Source: a virus
Taxonomy: Duplodnaviria > Caudoviricetes
IMG/VR virus record: IMGVR_UViG_3300045596_000094
Span: 1 to 64,000 of that record
Reading direction: 5' to 3' (one strand)
Length of the DNA stretch: 64,000 nt
A program made the position numbers and the translations under genes. Under the pieces are notes generated by a model, which made no database searches, was not told the DNA's origin, and worked only from the letters and a program-made list of their open reading frames with translations. This document shows, piece after piece, positions 57,690 to 64,000 of the stretch (the stretch's first letter is position 1; every line of letters begins with the position of its first letter).

Positions 57690-58232
57690 TTAAAATATTT
57701 CAAGATAATGATCAAACGTCAATTCAGTGTCTTTATGTTTTTCCAAATATGATTGAATTACATTACTATCATCCACAGAGGGTTCAGCATTAAACATTGT
57801 GAAATGAGCGCCCGCGTCTTCACCTAAAAGGATAACTTGACCATCTTCCTCAACGAAGAACGCACCAAATGAGAACGCATGGATGGTAAGGCCTTTACGT
57901 CGTGGATGCGCGATAGAAGTTTTCATTAACTGAAAAATAATTCCCGTATCTTGAGAAACGTAGGATACGCCACCATGAGAAATACCTGCAGGGATTTGGT
58001 GTTCTAAACAGAAAGTAACCCAAATGTTTAGAATCTCTGCGCGTGCCGCATTGATTTTATCGTGATGTTCTTCGTTGCCAGAAAATGTAAGTTTTGCGAG
58101 TTGGTCCAGCGTATCTTGGAGCTGTCGCATGAATGTTCCGTCAAGAGGAATCGGTTGACATAACGGTGGCAACATCGCTTTAAACTCTGGTGAGCGATGA
58201 ATCATTAATTCTGGACTATCTAAAAAGTTCAT
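57690..58232 (-). CDS. hypothetical protein
   Basis: 180 aa, AAGGA RBS. Confidence 0.75.
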   Translation of the reverse strand: MNFLDSPELMIHRSPEFKAMLPPLCQPIPLDGTFMRQLQDTLDQLAKLTFSGNEEHHDKINAARAEILNIWVTFCLEHQIPAGISHGGVSYVSQDTGIIFQLMKTSIAHPRRKGLTIHAFSFGAFFVEEDGQVILLGEDAGAHFTMFNAEPSVDDSNVIQSYLEKHKDTELTFDHYLEIF

Positions 58233-58276
58233 GGTAATTCCTTGAAGGCGGGTCAGAGAAACTGACCCAGATTTAT

Positions 58277-58759
58277 TTAAATTCTGCGTTTGCTGTTTTC
58301 ACGAGCTTCGGCTGTAATACGTTCTAGAATACGCACATTTGCTTCTTCGATTGCATCAGTAATCTGTTTGAATACAGCAGAGATCCATACCGCGATATTG
58401 CCCTGGATGTATGTTTTCATACCCACTACCATAGAGGTACTGAAATTACTTTTAGATTCTAATCCATCACCTGTGGTTTCCATGTAGATTTTGTAAGAAC
58501 CTTCTTCCAGTTTGATCTCAATACGGAAACAGCTTTCTACCGAATCAGTTCCAATTAAACCTTTAAGTCTTAGCTGATATACCCCCTCGGGTTGATCTGG
58601 AACTCGATCCATTTCTTTAAAGAGGGTATCAGCGAAATCGATTGAGGCTTGTCGTGAATTAGAAAAGCTTTTTAAATCGTAAAATTGGCCATCTTTGGCG
58701 ATCGTGGCAATGCGTCGTTCACCGTACTGGTATCGAATATTTTCTTTTTGGTCTGTCAT
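58277..58759 (-). CDS. hypothetical protein
   Basis: 160 aa, GGAG RBS. Confidence 0.75.
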   Translation of the reverse strand: MTDQKENIRYQYGERRIATIAKDGQFYDLKSFSNSRQASIDFADTLFKEMDRVPDQPEGVYQLRLKGLIGTDSVESCFRIEIKLEEGSYKIYMETTGDGLESKSNFSTSMVVGMKTYIQGNIAVWISAVFKQITDAIEEANVRILERITAEARENSKRRI

Positions 58760-58762
58760 GCT

Positions 58763-59095
58763 TTACTCCGGAACAATGATATCATCGTGGTGGGCATCCA
58801 CTACGATAAAGTTTACAACAGGCTCGTCTTTATTGATTTCAGCTAACTTAGTTGAGCGATTAGAAAGTTGTAATTTAAGATACCCACAATACCCTTCTTC
58901 TGCAAATGAGGCACCAAGACTTAAACCCATATCCCCGAACTTCTTACGAACACTGATGATAACGGTTTTTCCTTTTGGAACCGAAATCTTTTCTTTGATA
59001 TCAATTGTGCCAAATGAGCCCGGCTCAATCTCAACCCGTTTACTTGCTGAGAGTTCGCGTTTTACAGGTAATGGGGTAGGTGGAATAAATGTCAT
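58763..59095 (-). CDS. degenerate trimeric dUTPase-like protein
   Basis: IEPG....I...I.VP.G......R.....GL.......GY.G...L.L.N......I...E.V..F scaffold; catalytic motifs altered. Confidence 0.65.
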   Translation of the reverse strand: MTFIPPTPLPVKRELSASKRVEIEPGSFGTIDIKEKISVPKGKTVIISVRKKFGDMGLSLGASFAEEGYCGYLKLQLSNRSTKLAEINKDEPVVNFIVVDAHHDDIIVPE

Positions 59096-59541
59096 GCGGC
59101 TTCTCCGAACATTTTGGTCATTTGTAAAATCTTACGCCAACGAATGTTGTCTAGAACAGTGGTTGGTTTTGTTTCATAGTTACTGCGGATCGATTTAAAA
59201 TCTACTGTCACCGCTTTTTGAACAACTGTATTGCGCCCAAGTATCTCTACCCAGGTATGGTTTGTTGGTTGTTCGAGACTATCAACAATGAAAGCGCCAC
59301 CAAGCGGTCGCCCTGAGATAGGTACGTTTTTAAACTTCAATGCAGTAGGCATTTTAAAATTGGTCTTACATAAGTCACGCCCATTAATGTATTCTTCGAT
59401 CAACCCATGTAAATCAAAACCGAACAAGTCCACATGCCCTTTAATATCACGTGTTACATCGATATCCCCGCTGATGATAAAGAGGAAGCGGTTACAGAAT
59501 AACGTAACATAAACCGTATCTGTAAGTGATAAGATTCGCAT
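59092..59541 (-). CDS. hypothetical protein
   Basis: 149 aa, TAATG coupled. Confidence 0.7.
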   Translation of the reverse strand: MRILSLTDTVYVTLFCNRFLFIISGDIDVTRDIKGHVDLFGFDLHGLIEEYINGRDLCKTNFKMPTALKFKNVPISGRPLGGAFIVDSLEQPTNHTWVEILGRNTVVQKAVTVDFKSIRSNYETKPTTVLDNIRWRKILQMTKMFGEAA

Positions 59542-59972
59542 TAAAGGGGGAAGCTTAGGGAACTCTGCGTAAAACTGTTCCCAATTTCACGCATGAAATG
59601 GAAACGATTTCTTTTGATCGGATATGACTTAGTCATTGATACTAGATTGATAATATCAATCAAAGGTTGGTGATAACCCTTACCTAGACCTGGCGGATCT
59701 TGTTGGAGAACCGTTTCGTAAAAGTTTTCTGGGAAAGTAAATTCACCATCCACCACTACAGGTGCACAACCCAGTATCCCTTCATCGGAAAGCGTACCTA
59801 CGTTTAAACCAGAAGTAGTCAGGGTGTTGTAAATCGTAGTTGCGGCATTGATCCCACCAATAAAGGTTTGAGTGTCTTTTGGTAGGATTTGTTTATTTGG
59901 ACCAATGGTGCCTGACATGCCGGCTTTGTTGTTTAGGTACGAATGGTATTTCGGAAAGTTAATTAAAGACAT
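59541..59972 (-). CDS. hypothetical protein
   Basis: 143 aa, AGGAG RBS. Confidence 0.7.
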   Translation of the reverse strand: MSLINFPKYHSYLNNKAGMSGTIGPNKQILPKDTQTFIGGINAATTIYNTLTTSGLNVGTLSDEGILGCAPVVVDGEFTFPENFYETVLQQDPPGLGKGYHQPLIDIINLVSMTKSYPIKRNRFHFMREIGNSFTQSSLSFPL

Positions 59973-59987
59973 TGTGATCTCCTAGGA

Positions 59988-60545
59988 TCATTTTACGTTA
60001 AAGTATTTTCGGATAAAATCGTAATGCTCTACCAGTAACCCTGCATTAGATTCTCCGTTTTCGATACGGAGAACATTAGATGTCGGGATTGGGTAGAGGT
60101 CGAAAGAATCATCTAATACGAGATAATCAAAATTGTGTTCGCCGTGGTCTAATAGCCATTGACGAATTTCATGACCCCGCCAGTAGCGAGTGTCTTCTTT
60201 TACCTGAACAGAATTATACCAAACCGAATCGATGTATTCTTTCAAAATCGATTCATGGTTGTCTGGTAATTGAGAGAAAGGTTCTTTTACATGAGAGACT
60301 GTTCGCCAGTCATCATGAATATTCAAACGGATGTTTGTAGCGTAGTAAATACTGTCAGAGAATGCTTCTTTAGACTTATGTAGTTTTCTTCTTGCTGAAG
60401 AAACAACAATTTTAAAGTTACACTCTGTCTGGAGTGACCTGAGCATAAGTACCGCTACGGGATCGTAATTCATATTTAGAATACTGTTCCGTAGCGATGA
60501 AATTACCCCGTCGATATCTAAGAATATAATTCTTTGTTTATCCAT
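59988..60545 (-). CDS. HAD-superfamily phosphatase (HAD_SAK_2-like)
   Basis: IFLDIDGV, IVVSS..R, RG.EI..WL, YLVLDD. Confidence 0.85.
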   Translation of the reverse strand: MDKQRIIFLDIDGVISSLRNSILNMNYDPVAVLMLRSLQTECNFKIVVSSARRKLHKSKEAFSDSIYYATNIRLNIHDDWRTVSHVKEPFSQLPDNHESILKEYIDSVWYNSVQVKEDTRYWRGHEIRQWLLDHGEHNFDYLVLDDSFDLYPIPTSNVLRIENGESNAGLLVEHYDFIRKYFNVK

Positions 60546-60556
60546 AAACTTTACTG

Positions 60557-61078
60557 TCAACACCACCGCGTAATGTTTAAATCATCGATATCGCGGATCA
60601 TTGCACTAAGCCCTGCCAAGAGATCACTTGTCTGGTCATCGACATTAAACTCAACAGTCAGGTTCGATGTGGTCCAGTTATCTCGATTGGAATCCGCTTG
60701 ATTCTCAGGGGTAAACGTAACACCACAAATTTCTTTCAATGTGCTGTTTTCAAACATACTTTTCACTAATGGAAACATATTAGCTGCCGCACCATCAATT
60801 GTGAATTCCCAATTACCTAGAATGTCACCATAAGCAAGATCAGTAATGCGATCCAACAAGTATAATAGTGACATAGGTGGGATGTTTAATAACTTGGAAA
60901 CTTCGATAAGATATAACCACGATTCGCCATTTAAATCGGGCAGTTCCTCTTCTTCAAGTAGTATTTCGATACGCTCGTCCGAAATACCGCAAGCTTTATA
61001 TAAATCGTTATCGTAACCGAAATGCGCAGCTATGCGCTCACGAACAGAAACGGGTAGGTCTGATGATAATTCTAACAT
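60557..61078 (-). CDS. XRE/Cro-type HTH-like protein
   Basis: DLYKACGISDERIEILL.....PDL......LIEVSKLLNIPPMSLL. Confidence 0.5.
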   Translation of the reverse strand: MLELSSDLPVSVRERIAAHFGYDNDLYKACGISDERIEILLEEEELPDLNGESWLYLIEVSKLLNIPPMSLLYLLDRITDLAYGDILGNWEFTIDGAAANMFPLVKSMFENSTLKEICGVTFTPENQADSNRDNWTTSNLTVEFNVDDQTSDLLAGLSAMIRDIDDLNITRWC

Positions 61079-61155
61079 TGGTGTTCTCCATTACGAGGTT
61101 TAGGCGCAACACATTAATGCGCCCTTTTGTTAATTAACTTAGGTATAAAAAGTAC

Positions 61156-61731
61156 TTAGGATTTCAGTTGGATGTCCGATTCTATTATTTCTAGGATATC
61201 TGTAACGGTCATGTCGCCTTTAGCTGCTTTCTCCATGATGCCGGGGTGGCGATCTTCCAAGGATTGAGAAACGCCAACCAAAACCACTTGACCCATTTCC
61301 TGCAATTGATCTGAGTTTGGCTGCTCGATGTATTGTAAAACCCATTTAGCATTAATAGATTCTTCAGAGCCTTCAATAGTAAAATTACCTTGACCGAAGA
61401 TGAACACAAAAGGACTATGCGGAACAGCTAACTGGAACAACGCTAGGGGTTGTTTATTGTCAGCAAACATAACGTCAGCTAATTTCAGTAAGTCGTCATA
61501 CATTCGCTCAGCGGCTTGCTGCATTTCTTCTGTTTGAGAGCCATCGTCCGGAATATCTGTACTTTGAATAAACGAAATAAAACGATAAGTGATTTTACCG
61601 ATTTGATGGACGATTTCTTCAGGGAGTTCAAAGAACTTTTCTGGTAAGTTACCCAACACACTAAGTACGCGTGGTTGAGTCATAAATGAAACTGGCACAA
61701 AGTTGTGTAGTGGATGTAAAGCGTTTGACAT
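61156..61731 (-). CDS. hypothetical protein
   Basis: 191 aa, AAGGA RBS. Confidence 0.75.
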   Translation of the reverse strand: MSNALHPLHNFVPVSFMTQPRVLSVLGNLPEKFFELPEEIVHQIGKITYRFISFIQSTDIPDDGSQTEEMQQAAERMYDDLLKLADVMFADNKQPLALFQLAVPHSPFVFIFGQGNFTIEGSEESINAKWVLQYIEQPNSDQLQEMGQVVLVGVSQSLEDRHPGIMEKAAKGDMTVTDILEIIESDIQLKS

Positions 61732-61776
61732 GAGAGAGTCCTTTTTTGTTTAAGAGATAGTTAAAACCCTACCCCA

Positions 61777-63846
<2,070 letters not shown>

Positions 63847-63853
63847 TTACTGG

Positions 63854-63875
63854 GGATTCAAAAGGATAATGTATA
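63854..63875 (-). promoter_or_regulatory. putative early promoter TATACATTATCCTTTTGAATCC
   Basis: Copy of the repeated motif upstream of ligA. Confidence 0.7.
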
Positions 63876-63891
63876 TTTGAAAAAGGTTTAA

Positions 63892-64000
63892 TTAGTGACA
63901 GTATTGACGCATCAAGGATTTTGCCTCTTGTTCCAACATGAGGTCTTGATCAGTGATATTCACAATTAACGCCAACTTCTGATCTGCAATTTTCAATAAG
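63892..64000 (-). CDS. 3' end of a CDS entering from outside the window
   Basis: Open frame ...LLKIADQKLALIVNITDQDLMLEQEAKSLMRQYCH*. Confidence 0.55.
   Translation of the reverse strand, partial: LLKIADQKLALIVNITDQDLMLEQEAKSLMRQYCH

Noticed and set aside
58695-59198. 167-aa plus-strand ORF and the many other short antisense or nested ORFs in the track
   Set aside because: They lie opposite or inside well-supported genes, lack RBS or motifs, and look like shadow frames

Overview
AT-rich 64 kb segment of a phiKZ-like jumbo myophage (probable Chimalliviridae; chimallin, PhuZ and RNAP genes are not in this window). The host may be a gammaproteobacterium; the NrdB-like N-terminus MSSILSWDD recalls Acinetobacter/Pseudomonas NrdB. 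Core genes recognised from motifs: large terminase plus three linked virion genes divergent from tail sheath and tube, SNF2 helicase, three paralogous baseplate/fibre proteins, GH108 lysozyme, 5'-3' exonuclease and NAD-dependent ligase. Most other genes are small minus-strand accessory ORFs, several behind a repeated promoter motif (TATACAYTAT-N5-TGAA) and separated by hairpins, many with UUCG loops, that are followed by TATG(C/T). Main highlights: (1) a PspA/ESCRT-III-like gene clustered with SPFH-tail, TPR-TM and Ser-rich secreted proteins; (2) an NrdB homolog that has lost five of six iron ligands and both radical tyrosines; (3) a full-architecture BCS1-like membrane AAA ATPase; (4) diverged Tad1-like and Tad2-like sponge homologs; (5) a degenerate dUTPase; (6) an unannotated acidic microprotein; (7) three small genes each broken by a single in-frame stop. 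All family calls come from recalled motifs and by-eye alignment; no searches were run.
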